Shown here: one piece after another, positions 1-11,606 of the stretch | Layout: each line of letters opens with the position of its first letter | Position numbering within the stretch: the stretch's first letter is position 1 | Source: Octopus sinensis | Taxonomy: Eukaryota | DNA length: 64,000 nt | Direction of reading: 5' to 3' | Assembly: GCF_006345805.1 (NCBI RefSeq) | Contig: NC_043023.1 | Span: 13,392,001 to 13,456,000 of the forward strand | Notes under the pieces: generated by a model | Database searches by the model: none | What the model was told of the DNA's origin: nothing | The model's input: only the letters and a program-made list of their open reading frames with translations | Position numbers and translations under genes: made by a program

Positions 1-567
1 CGACCTTGGTGGAATTTGAACTCAGAACGTAGCGGCAAATACCGCTAAGCATTTCACCCGGCGTGCCGACAATTCTGCCAGTTCGCCGCCTTAAAAATAA
101 TAATAATAATCCTTTCTGCTAGGGGTACAAGGCATGAAATTTTGGAGGATGGGACCAGTTGATATTCATCGACCCCAGTGTTTCACTTGTACTTAATTTA
201 TTGACCCCCCTGAAAGGATGAAAGGTAAAGTCAACCTCAGAAGAATTTGAACTCAGAATGTAGCGAAATACCGCTAAGCATTTTATCCTGTGTGCTAACA
301 ATTCTGCCAGCTCACAGCCTTAATAATAATAATAATAATTCTTTCTACTAAAGGTACAAGGCCTAAAATTTTGGGGGAGAGGACCAGTTGATTACATCGA
401 CCCCAGTGTTTCACTGGTACTTAATTTATTGACTCCAAAAGGATGTCAACTCTGGCAGAATCTGAACTCAGAATATTAGCGACAGGCAAAATACCTCTAA
501 GCATTTCGTCTGGCGTGCTAACGGTTCTGCCAGCTCACCGCCTTAATAATACTAATAATAATAATAA

Positions 568-961
568 TCTCTATATATATAAAGTTGAAGTTGTCTGTGT
601 ATGGCAGGTTTTGTAGCCTTCAACTAACACTGTCTCCTCCGAGACCCTGCGGTGCAGGTTGACCAAAATTGAGAGTATGATAGAAAAAGGCTTGCTCTTC
701 ATTCCGTAGAAGATAAAATTCAAATCAGACCATGTTAACACCAAAAATTATTTACATCAAAAAGGTGCTTTTTTTCTATGAAAATCCCTATTTTTTAAGG
801 ATTTTTTGACTGCTGTGTCGTCATTTTTCGGTGTATTTCAACCAGAAAAATGTTCACTTAAAGAGAATAACAAGCTACATAATGCAACATTTTTTATATT
901 TCAAAAATTCCAATTCTAAAGGGTCGAAACAAACCCGAGCAACGCCAGGCGATACTGCTAG
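568..961 (+). mobile_element. Non-autonomous Helitron-like element
   Basis: 5' TC after A, 3' GC-rich subterminal segment ccgagcaacgccaggcg followed by CTAG then T; no TSD. Confidence 0.7.
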
Positions 962-986
962 TAATAATAATAAAAATCCTGCTTAC

Positions 987-1067
987 CTGCTGAACCATAT
1001 TTTTGATCAATCTGTTGGCTGCTTGGAGATCTTCAGGATTTTTACTCTTCAGTAGCCGAGACAGCAG
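987..1067 (-). CDS. GGA: GGA coding exon 6, N-GAT ARF-binding helix (LLSRLLKSKNPEDLQAANRLIKNMVQQ)
   Basis: Acceptor ttccAG, donor GTAAGC, 81 nt. Matches L.RLLKS..PEDL.AAN.LIK.MV of GGA GAT domains. The gene continues left of the window. Confidence 0.95.
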
Positions 1068-2229
1068 CTGGAACAGACAAGAACAAAACATCACTATCAG
1101 GGTTTCAATCCCACTTCAAACCACAATGTGATCATCATCGCCATCATCATTTTAAGATCTACTTCTCTATGCTTGCTCAGGTCAGACGAGACTAGGTTCA
1201 GGCAGGGTTTTTTTGTTGTTTTTTGCCCCTATGGCTGAACAGGTTTCATGAGAAGGCTGGGAACAAACTACACCACTTGTACGATGGTGGTGCTCATTTA
1301 CAACTATCATGGAAATGTCAAGGTGGAAATAAACATAAAACTTTGGTTGATCCCAAGGTTTTGGAAGATACTAGCCCAAGGAGGTATGCAGTGGCTAGGA
1401 AGTGAACTTCCAAACCTCACGGTTATACAGCCAAGCCTGAACAGACGTGTGTGTGGGGTGCATGTGTATGCCTCTGTGTGTGGGTGTGTATGTGGGTGTG
1501 TGTGTGCATGCATGTGTGAATCTGTGTGTGGGAGTGTGCATGTCTGTGTGTGTATCTGTGTATGTCAGTGTGTATGTGTGTGTGTGTATCTATGTATGTC
1601 AGTGTGTATCTATGTATGTCAGTGTGTAAATAGTATGTGTAAATAGTTACATGTCAACCGATGCCTTATGTGTGAAATCAGTAGACAGAAACTGAAAACC
1701 ATTCCACCATTCCTCCACACACAAGTGCAGGCATGGCTGTGTGGTAAGAAGCTTGCTTCCCAACCACAAGGTTCTAGGTTCAGTTCCACAGCATAGCATC
1801 TCAGGCAAGTGTCTTCTACTACAGCTCCATGCCAACAAAAACCTTGAGAGTGGATTTGGTAGACAGAAACCGAGAGAAGCCCATAATATATGTTTGCGTG
1901 TATTTCCTGATGTTAACATCTCATGACAGTAGTAAATGAGTGTCACTGTCATCTAAGCAGTGTTGTTCATTTCCAATGTTTTGTGAAAAAAAAAAAACCT
2001 GGCCAATGGGGGACCAGATTATTTTGCATGGAAACAGGTGAGAGATGGCAACAGGAAGGACATCTGGCTGTAGAAAAACTCTGACCCCTACCCGAATCCT
2101 ATTTTCGCCTTTTCACGTGCCGCCGGCACGGGAGCCAACACAGCATATCTCAGCAGAAATTTAGTAACAAAAGGGTTAAAACAAAACCAAACAACACACA
2201 CAATTATATATAATAAATACATATCTTAC

Positions 2230-2301
2230 CCGTGCTTTCTCATCGTCTTCAAATAAAGCATTCTTTGGCCTGGGTGGGGGTGCCGGGTTAGCATTTAAAT
2301 T
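2230..2301 (-). CDS. GGA: GGA coding exon 5, VHS-GAT linker (NLNANPAPPPRPKNALFEDDEKAR)
   Basis: Acceptor tttacAG, donor GTAAGA, 72 nt, phase 0-0. Matches the GGA PPPRPKN..FEDEEK motif. Confidence 0.94.
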
Positions 2302-2732
2302 CTGTAAAATAAACAAATAATTAACCAATATTTAACACACAAAAAATACTAACCTGAAGACTTTAGCATTCAAATTACTTTTTTTTTTCCTTTTTTTTTA
2401 CTTGTTTCAGTCATTGGCCATGCTGGAGCACCGCCTTTAATCGAGCAAATCGACCCCGGGACTTATTCTTTGTAAGCCCAGTACTTATTCTATCGGTCTC
2501 TTTTGCCGAACCGCTAAGTTTACTCTTTTACTTGTTTCAGTCATTTGTCTGCGGCCATGCTGGAGCACCGCCTTTAGTCAAGCAAATCGACCCCGGGACT
2601 TATTCTTTGTAAGCCCAGTACTTATTCTATCGGTACTCTTTTGCCGAACCGCTAAGTTTCGGGGACGTAAACACACCAGCATCGGTTGTCAAGTGATGTT
2701 GGGGGAACAAACACAGACATACAAACACACAC

Positions 2733-2773
<41 letters not shown>

Positions 2774-3989
2774 ACAGGCTTCTTTCAGTTTCTGTCTACC
2801 AAATCCACTCACAAGGCATTGGTCAGCCTGGGGCTATAGCAGAAGACACTTGCCCAAGATGCCACGCAGTGGGACTGAACCCAGAACCATGTGGTTGGTA
2901 AGCAAGCTACTTACCACACAGCCACTCCTGCGCCTATATCATCATCATCATCATCGTTTAGCGTCCGCTTTCTATGCTAGCATGGGTTGGACGGTTCAAC
3001 TGGGGTCTGGGAAGCCAGAAGGCTGCACCAGGCCCCAGTCTGATCTGGCAGAGTTTCTACGGCTGGATGCCCTTCCTAACGCCAACCACTCTGTGAGTGT
3101 AGTGGGTGCTTTTTACGTGCCACCTGCACAGGTGCCAGACGAGGCTGGCAAACGGCCATGGTCGGATAGTGCTTTTTACATGTCACTGGCACAGGTGCCA
3201 GACGGGGCTGGCAAACGGCCATGGTCGGATAGTGCTTTTTACGTGCCACTGGCACAGGTGCCAGACGGGGCTGGCAAACGGCCATGGTCGGATAGTGCTT
3301 TTTACATGCCACCGGCACGGGGGCCAGGCTAGGCAAAACGGATGGTTCGCTTACGTGCCACCGGCACTGGTATAATCTTTATTTATCCACATTGTTTTGG
3401 ATTAATCATGGATTATCTCATAGCTTTGAGATTTTGCTAATGCAATTGTTTATTTTCAGAATGACATTGTAGGGTAAGTGTGAAAAGCCGGATTTGACTG
3501 GTTTGAACATAAAACAGAATATTTGGGCTTAATTAAATATAATCCTTAATTACCCACATTGTTTTTAATTAATCAGGCATTATCTCAGAGCTTTAAGATT
3601 TTGATGCTGTAATTGTATGTTTTAGAATGACATTGTGGGGTATGTGTGAGAGGCCAGATCTGGTCAGTTTGAGCACGAACAGGGAGAATATTTGGGCTGG
3701 GCATGGCCAGTTTAACCCTTTAAGCATTCAGATTATTCTGTCAAATGTAATCCTTATTTATCCACATTGTTTTGGATTAATCATGGATTATCTCACAGCT
3801 TTGAGATTTCAATGATGTGATTGCTTATTTTCAGAATGACATAGAGTACATTAAATAAGCCTGTACTCAACAAGAGGCCACATTTGCAGAAGCTCCAACT
3901 GCATATGCCCACACTCAGCAAGGCCTCACTCACTCAACAGGCTTGTACCCACACTTGCCCTAAACTCATGTTTCTAGCATATACTCACC

Positions 3990-4730
3990 CTACAAGTCCA
4001 GACTCACCCAGCAAGCCTAGAAACTCTCAACAAGCCCTTGGTCACTCAACTAGCACACACTTATCCTACATGTCTATACACTCACTCAACAAGCCTATAC
4101 TCAGGCCTGCATTCACCCTATCCTTCCATTCACCCAAGCCCTCACTCACCCAAGCCTGCACTCACCGAGCAAGCCAATACTCACCCAAAAACCCACATAC
4201 ACACACACATTCAACAAGTCTACAATCATTCTACTAGCCCACACGTATCCTACACATCTACACACTTGCCCAGAAAACCTGCACTCGCACAGCAAGCCTT
4301 CACTCGCCTAGCAAGCCTGCACCCGCTCGGCAAGCCTCCATTCGCCCGGCAAGCCTCCATTCGCCCAGCAAGCCTCCACTCACACAGCAAGCCTCCACTC
4401 GCCCGGCAAGCCTCCACTCGCACAGCAAGCTTGCACTCGCCCAGCAAGCCTCCACTCGCCCGGCAAGCCTCCACTCACACAGCAAGCCTCTACTCGCACG
4501 GCAAGCCTCCACTCGCCCGGCAAGCCTCCACTCGAACAGCAAGCCTCCACTCACCCGGCAAGCCTCCACTCGCCCGGCAAGCCTGCACTTGCACGGCAAG
4601 CCTCAACTCGCCCGACAAGCCTCTACTCGCACAGCAAGCCTCTACTCGCACGGCAAGCCTCCACTCGCACAGCAAACCTGCACTCGTCCAGCAAGCCTCC
4701 ACTCACATGCACTCAACAAGCCCACAATCA
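3990..4730. repeat. ~19-bp degenerate minisatellite (gcaagcctccactcgcccg / gcaagcctccactcgcaca) in GGA intron 4
   Basis: Direct tandem copies visible; source of the spurious 334-aa ORF. Confidence 0.9.
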
Positions 4731-4861
4731 CTTAACTATCCTACACATCTACACCCTATTTCAACAGGCCAACACTCACCTCAAACTCGCCCTGCAATCC
4801 CACATACTCATGCTAAAAACCCACTGAAACCCTCAAATAGTATTATCATTGATTCACCAAC

Positions 4862-5020
4862 CTTATCAATATATGCAGGGTCTTCTTTGACTATGCCCTG
4901 CGTCTTCAGCATAGCGTACGCCTCTCCAATCTTCGGTTCGTGGCTTAAATCGCGGGTCCAGCTGTACATCAACTCAATGCAACGTTTCTTCACGTTTTCC
5001 GAGGTCCGGGTCCCCAAATA
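4862..5020 (-). CDS. GGA: GGA coding exon 4, VHS C-terminus (YLGTRTSENVKKRCIELMYSWTRDLSHEPKIGEAYAMLKTQGIVKEDPAYIDK)
   Basis: Acceptor ttccAG, donor GTTGGT (weak consensus, but phase 0 is required by exon 5), 159 nt. Motifs YLG, KI.EAY.MLK.QGIV. Confidence 0.92.
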
Positions 5021-5490
5021 CTGGAACAGAAACAAATTATAGTGGAATTAGATAATACTGTTGTAGAGACAGTATGTCTGAATAAAAGATGGGATGGTCA
5101 GAGTTGGAATGTCTTTGATCATAGGTCTTCTGGAACATGATTGGCCTAGGGTTAAACAACAGTACTACAGCTACTAATACTAACTACTATACTATACATT
5201 AGAAAATGTAGTCCTAGATACACTATGCCTGAATAAAAGATGGGATGGTCACAGCTGGAACATCTTTGATCATGGGTCTGTCTGGATCAGGACTGACCTG
5301 GGGCTAAACAATAACAACAACTAGAGCCACTAATACTAACTACTATACTATACATTGGATAATGTAGTCCTAGATACACTATGCCTGAATAAAAGATGGG
5401 ATGGTCACAGCTGGATCATCTTTCATCGTAGGTCTGCTGGATTCTGTTTGACCAAGGGCTACACAAAATCTACAAAAATCAACAACATAC

Positions 5491-5589
5491 CTTAGGGGAA
5501 ACAACTTTGATAATTTCATTTAAAAATCTAAATTTTCCAATTTCTGACTGGAACCGACTGCCACAGTTCTTCACACACGTCTCCAGGGT
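5491..5589 (-). CDS. GGA: GGA coding exon 3, VHS domain (TLETCVKNCGSRFQSEIGKFRFLNEIIKVVSPK)
   Basis: Acceptor tttcAG, donor GTATGT, 99 nt, phase 0-0. Conserved LE.C.K.CG.RF..E.GKFRFLNE.IKVVSPK. Absent from the ORF track. Confidence 0.96.
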
Positions 5590-5721
5590 CTGAAACAGAA
5601 TGAAATGGTATATATTAGGTGGATTATTATTATGACACAGAAGGTCTTGGCTCTAATATCAGTCTCATATATATATATGTATCAAATGAAGTAAATGAAA
5701 GACAGGACGCAAAGAATTTTG

Positions 5722-5812
5722 CAGTACATATGTTTCGGGCTTTATTGAAGAACTTATTCTTATAGCAATGCATAATTGATATAACAGGTAAATCAAAAGC
5801 CTTCTTCAGCCG
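5722..5812 (-). ncRNA. Minimal type-I hammerhead ribozyme-like motif (family H1) in a ~280-bp element (about 5678-5958), sense to GGA intron 2
   Basis: Minus strand reads CGG-CTGAAGA-AGGCTTT...AAAGCCC-GAAA-CATATGT-A-CTG with stem III palindrome ACATATGT. The flanks are homologous to the 30.0-30.2 kb copy. Confidence 0.7.
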
Positions 5813-6345
5813 TGTACAATTACCACACCAAAGACTTGTATCACATTATAAGAGGTTTGAGAAAAAGTTTGAGAAAAAAACCGAGTTTCATTGTGAATAT
5901 AAATTCTCAAAGGCGTACATGGTATTGTTAGACTCCCAAACAAATCGTCCATACCGTTATATATATATATGTATATATATATGTATATTTATATATATAT
6001 ATACTCTTTACTCTTTTACTGGTTTCAGTCAAATCGATCCCAGGACTTATTCTTTGTAAGCCTAGTACTTATTCTATCAGTCTCTTTTGCTGAACCGCTA
6101 GTTTACAGGGACGGAAACACACCAGCATCGGTTGTCAAGCGATATTGGGGGGACAAACACAGACACAAAAATATACACACACATACATATATACGACGGG
6201 CTTCTTTCAGTTTCTGTCTATGAAATCCACTCACAAGGCTTTGGTCGGCCCGAGGCTATAGAAGACACTTGCCCAAGGTGCCAGACAGCAAGACTGAACC
6301 CGGAACCATGTGGTTAGTAAGCAAGCTACTTACCACACAGCCACT

Positions 6346-6390
<45 letters not shown>

Positions 6391-6473
6391 TGCGATATGA
6401 ACATTTAACGTGGTACTATAGTCAGTGTTTCGACTGCTATTTCGGCATGTTGGTGTCTTTTAGACACCCTCAT

Positions 6474-6517
<44 letters not shown>

Positions 6518-6921
6518 AATTGCAGTGTGGAAGATATTTATAAGCCATTTAATATATATAGAGATAGTGAGATAAGATGAAAAAACACAAGATTTGCTTT
6601 ACAGGATTTAAGAGTATATAGGAGCCATGATAATAAAGATATTATACAATTTTGTACAAAATAAGGTTCTGTTCTTTCAACATAACTGAGGTAAGGACCA
6701 GTTTCGCGTTGCTCATCAAAACCGGTCCTTCAATTATGTTGAAGTCTCCAGTCAAACCTATTTCATTGCTACCCACAAGGGGCTAAACACAGAGGGGGCA
6801 AACAAGGACAGACAAACAGATTAAGTCGATTACATTGACCCCAGTGAGCATAGAATAATAGACATAAAAAGTGGATGATGATGATTCCGCTAAGCAATTA
6901 CAAAAGAAAATCACACACAAG

Positions 6922-7600
6922 GCGCAGGAGTGGCTGTGTGGTAAGTAGCTTGCTTACCAACCACATGGTTCCAGGTTCAGTCCCACTGCGTGGCATCTTG
7001 GGCAAGTGTCTTCTGCTATAGCCCCGGGCCGACCAATGCCTTGTGAGTGGATTTGGTAGACAGAAACTGAAAGAAGCCTGTCGTATATGTGTATATATAT
7101 GGCCACAGTCAAATGACTGAAACAAGTAAAAGAGTAAACTTAGCGGTTCGGCAAAAGAGACCGATAGAATAAGTACTAGGCTTCCTAAGAATAAGTCCTG
7201 GGGTCGATTTGCTCGACTAAAGGCGGTGCTCCAGCATGGCCACAGCCAAATGACTGAAACAAGTAAAAGAGTAAACTTAGGGGTTCGGCAAAAGAGACCG
7301 ATAGAATAAGTACTAGGCTTCCTAAGAATAAGTCCCGGGGTCGATTTGCTCGACTAAAGGCGGTGCTCCAGCATGGCCACAGCCAAATGACTGAAACAAG
7401 TAAAAGAGTAAACTTAGCGGTTCGGCAAAAGAGACCGATAGAATAAGTACTGGGCTTACAAAAGAATAAGTCCCGGAGTCGATTTGCTCGACTAAAAGGC
7501 GGTGCTCCAGCATGGCCACAGTCAAATGACTGAAACAAGTAAAAGAAAGAAAAGAAAAGAAAGAAAGAAAGAAAGAACAAACACACCATATATGGACAAC
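6922..7600 (+). mobile_element. Major tRNA-derived SINE (family A) with tandemly repeated ~121-bp 3' segment
   Basis: Head ggcgcaggagtggctgtgtgg (A-box-like) and ggttcagtccc (B-box-like). Other copies at about 2400-2935(-), 6000-6350(-), 13070-13452(-), 18720-19110(+), 19810-20190(+), 26050-26432(-), 33030-33433(-) and 52750-53410(-). Confidence 0.85.
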
Positions 7601-7998
7601 GGATGCCATCTTGAGCAAAGAATTTTCCCTATCAACAACTGATAACATTCAGCAAAAAATAATACAGGCCAAACACTAATTTTGATAACACAGGCTTGCT
7701 GATAACGATCTTAATGTAAACTTCGTTACATCCTGTGACTTTTAGAGGGCACCCCCTGCAACTTTTTGTTTCGAGGGCCCAAACCCCTTCAAGCAAAATT
7801 CATAATCTACACACCTTTTATTTACAGCTATATGTTATTTTATTCTACCTGAAGTTCAACATTTCATGTAATCCTAAAGAACATCTTTAGAAGTACAACA
7901 GGTTGAATTTATTTAGGGCTCTTAGAAATTTCAATAAGTAAAATTTATCTGGGTCTATTTAAATTTATTTAGGTCTATTACAAATGTATTTAGGTTTA

Positions 7999-8427
7999 GT
8001 CCACTTATGCATACCTTTCCTTCTTGGGACACTAAACTCTACTTGTGAAGACCTGTTGAGGCAAGTGAAAATCAAAATCAATCAACATCAATGGAAATTG
8101 CAGCTGTGATACCAGTGCCGGTGGCACGTAAGAGAGCCATCCGAACGTGGCCGTTGCCAGCACCGCCCCGACTGTCCTCGTGCCGGTGGCATGTAAAAAG
8201 CACTATCCGATTGTGGCCGTTTGCCAGCCTCGTCTGGCACCTGTGCCAGTGGCATGTAAAAAGCACCCACTACACTCACGGAGTGGTTGGCGTTAGGAAG
8301 GGCATCCAACCGTAGAAACATTGCCAGATCAGACTGGAGCCTGGTGCAGCATTCTGGCTTCCCAGACCCCAGTTGAACCGTCCAACCCATGCCAGCATGG
8401 AAAGCGGACGCTAAACAATGATGATGA
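7999..8427 (+). mobile_element. RTE-tail short element (family R) flanked by ~165-bp direct repeats
   Basis: 3' end ggttggcgttaggaagggcatcc...(atg)n. Other copies at 2936-3375, 24540-25560, 30219-30800, 30828-31055, 31829-32250 and 58745-59030. Confidence 0.8.
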
Positions 8428-9267
8428 TATTTTATTTTATTCTATCTAAAGTTCAACATTTCATGTTACCCTAAAGAACATCTTTAGAAATACAAGTTAA
8501 ATTTATTTAGGGCTATTAGAAATTTCAATAAGTAAAATTTATCTGGGTCTATTTAAATTTATTAGGTCTATTACAAATGTATTTAGGTTTATTACAAATT
8601 TATTTTGCTCCATTACAAATTTATTTAGGTTTATTACAAATTACAATAGGTAAAAATCCAGATAAGAAGCATCTTGGGTGAGAGTCACCTTTGGTGAGTG
8701 TCATCTACTATAGCCTACCAAAGCCTTGTGAGTGGATTTGGTAGACGGAAACCGAAAGAAGCCTGTCATATATATATATATTTCTTTATTGCCCACAAGG
8801 GGATAAACATAGAGGCGACAAACAAAGACAGACAAAGGGATTAAGTCAATTACATCGACCCCAGTGCCTAACCGGTACTCTATTTATCAACCCCGAAAGG
8901 ATGAAAGGCAAAGTTGACCTCGGCGAAATTTGAACACAGAACGTAACAGCAGACGAGATACGGCTACGCATTTTACGATTCTGCCAGCTCGCCATATATA
9001 TATGTATATATATATATATATAAATGTGTGTGTGTGTGCGTTTGTGTGTCCATGTTTGTCCCCCCACCATTGCTTGACAACCAATACTGGTGTGTGTATG
9101 TCCCTATAACTCAGCGGTTCGGCAAAAGAGACCAATAGAATAAGTAGCAGGCTTACAAAGAATAAGTCCTGGGGTCGATTTGCTCAACTAAAAGCAGTGC
9201 TCCAGTATGGCCACAGTCAAAATGGCAGAAACAAGTAAAAGAATATATATATGTATATATATTTATA

Positions 9268-9948
9268 CTAGCAGCATAGCCCGGCGTTGCCAGGTTAGTT
9301 TGAGATTTAATGCAAACTTGATGTCCAACATCGGTGTAGGGAAAATCTACGTGAACTTTCAAAAAATATCGCAGAAAAATCAGTTTGCTATGTGTGCCAC
9401 ATATGATGTAACTAACCGATTTTTTCCAGTAATAACATATCCTATTGGAATCAAAAGGGCCATATAGCTCCTTGGAGCAGACATGATGCTCGCTGTGACT
9501 TTCAAAAGAAATTCCTGCCAATTTGTTAAAGATATTGTCGAAAATATGTCATCTTGAATTTGATATGCGATTTCCCAAAATGGCATGATTTTATTGATTT
9601 TTTTCTGATGGTAAGGTATTGCATGGAAAACTAACGTCAGAATTAAGTTCCTTAGGGTAACATTAAGCTTCACCATGAGTTTGGTGAAAATCGATTGCAA
9701 GTTGTGAAAACTACAACGGAAAATGTGTTGCATATGACAAGCTTAGATTCCTGACCCCATGTCGAATTTATCGATTTTTTTCAGAACTGGGGGAACTTTT
9801 CAAAATTTTCGCTGCGTTAGTTTTGAATTATGACATTGGGCTATGTGTGTGTCAAGTTTCATCAGAATCGGTTGAAAGCCGTAGTCAGGGTGAGGGTACA
9901 ACCTGACAGACACACAGACAGACAAACTGCCTTTTATATATATAGAGA
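9268..9948 (-). mobile_element. Non-autonomous Helitron-like element
   Basis: Minus strand starts tctctatatatataaaaggcagtttgtc and ends ggcaacgccgggctatgctgCTAG. The 5' ~370 bp is shared with the 33441 copy. Confidence 0.75.
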
Positions 9949-10296
9949 TAGAGAAGAGATAGAGATAAATAAGGATAAGATCAATATTTAAATACTGATC
10001 TTATCAGGTGGCCAGCATGGGAATAAAAACCTTTCGAAGGTAATAATTATTTAAAATTATAATTTAGGGTATCTAAGAGATACCACCACGCTGGAAATAG
10101 CAGCCAAAACTTGACTCTAAAACCACATTAAATGTTCATACAGCACCAGGAGAGAAGACAAAGAGACGAAAACTAGCAAAAAAAATTTTGAATAATTATG
10201 TGTGTGGGTGAGACAAACATATACAAATGAATGAAAGGAACACTACATGGTTACTTAACCATGTAGCATTCGAATTAGCCAGTCAAATGTAAATGC

Positions 10297-10790
10297 TTGA
10301 TGATGATGATGATGGTGGTGATGATGGTGGTGGTGATGATGATGGTGATGATGATGGTGGTGATGATGGTCGTGGTGGTGATGATGATGATGGTGATGAT
10401 GATGATGATGATGATGGTGGTGATGATGATGATGGTGATGATGATGATGATGGTGGTGATGATGGTGGTGATGATGGTGGTGGTGATGATGGTGGTGGTG
10501 ATGATGATGGTGATGATGATGGTGATGATGATGGTGGTGATGATGGTGGTGATGATGATGATGGTGGTGATGATGGTGATGATGATGATGGTGATGATGG
10601 TGATGATGATGGTGGTGATGATGATGATGGTGGTGATGATGGTGGTGGTGATGATGATGATGGTGGTGATGGTAATGATGATGATGATGATGATGATAAT
10701 GGTGATGATGATGGTGATGATGATGATGGTGGTGGTGATGATGACGATGGTCGTGGTGATGATGATGGTGATGATGACGATGATGGTGAA
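10297..10790. repeat. (GAT/GGT)n triplet repeat, ~500 bp, next to the GGA exon 2 donor
   Basis: Seen directly; gives poly-H, poly-D, poly-M/V and poly-I/T ORFs. Confidence 0.97.
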
Positions 10791-10802
10791 GGTGGTACTC
10801 AC

Positions 10803-10963
10803 CAACAAGGCAAAGAGAGCTTCTCGTTCCTGCGGTGACTGCAACTTGTGGGCCAGGAGTCGTACTGAGATCATCGGGCCCTCGATGTCCTTGTTGACCC
10901 GGTCGCAGAACATCATCATATGATCCCAGTCTTCTTCGCGGTTGGCCGGATTTGTGGCCTTGT
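10803..10963 (-). CDS. GGA: GGA coding exon 2, VHS domain (NKATNPANREEDWDHMMMFCDRVNKDIEGPMISVRLLAHKLQSPQEREALFALL)
   Basis: Acceptor tttccAG, donor GTGAGT, 161 nt. Typical GGA VHS motifs ATNP, EGP and RLLAHK.QSPQE.EAL.AL. Confidence 0.95.
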
Positions 10964-11312
10964 CTGGAAAGAAGGAAAACAAAAGAGAGATGTAGAGTTA
11001 AGATGGTTGTCCGAAGCTCCAGCATGGCCATAATGACACGGCTGAAACACATAAGCAAAGTAAAAGTGTTTTAAAATTTAAATTTGAACTTGAATATTTT
11101 AAAACAGAGAGCTGCATCAGAGTGGTGGTCTCACTTGGATTGGTACGTAACAAGGTGCGGTTGTGGCTGTGTGGTCAGAAGTTTGCTTCTGAATCCCATG
11201 GTTCTGGGTTCATTCCCACTGCATGGCACCTTGAGCAAGTGTCTTTTACTATAGCCATAGGTTAACCAAAGCCTTGCAAGTGGATTTGGTTGATGGAAAC
11301 TGAAAGAAGCCT

Positions 11313-11562
11313 CTTAGTTAGTTAGTTAATTTTTGGCTCAAAAAGCAGAAAGCAAGGCCATGTAGGGGGACATGGAGTTATGTACAGGGTGGTGTTCATG
11401 TAAGGAGTTCAGGCCACTTGTGGTCAAGGGAGACTTTGAACCGAGCGGTCGTAGGCATCTTCACTATCTCGTCCGGCAGCTTATTTCATGGATCCGCAAC
11501 CCGGATGGAGAAAGCCCCTCTCCTTCGATTGAGATGAAATTGTCACAGATAGAGCTTTATAT

Positions 11563-11606
<44 letters not shown>

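Noticed and set aside
4038-5042. 334-aa plus-strand ORF
   Set aside because: Built from a 19-bp minisatellite plus the antisense of GGA exon 4.
10255-11058. Poly-His, poly-Asp and poly-Met proteins
   Set aside because: Translations of a triplet repeat. Only 10803-10963 is coding (GGA exon 2).
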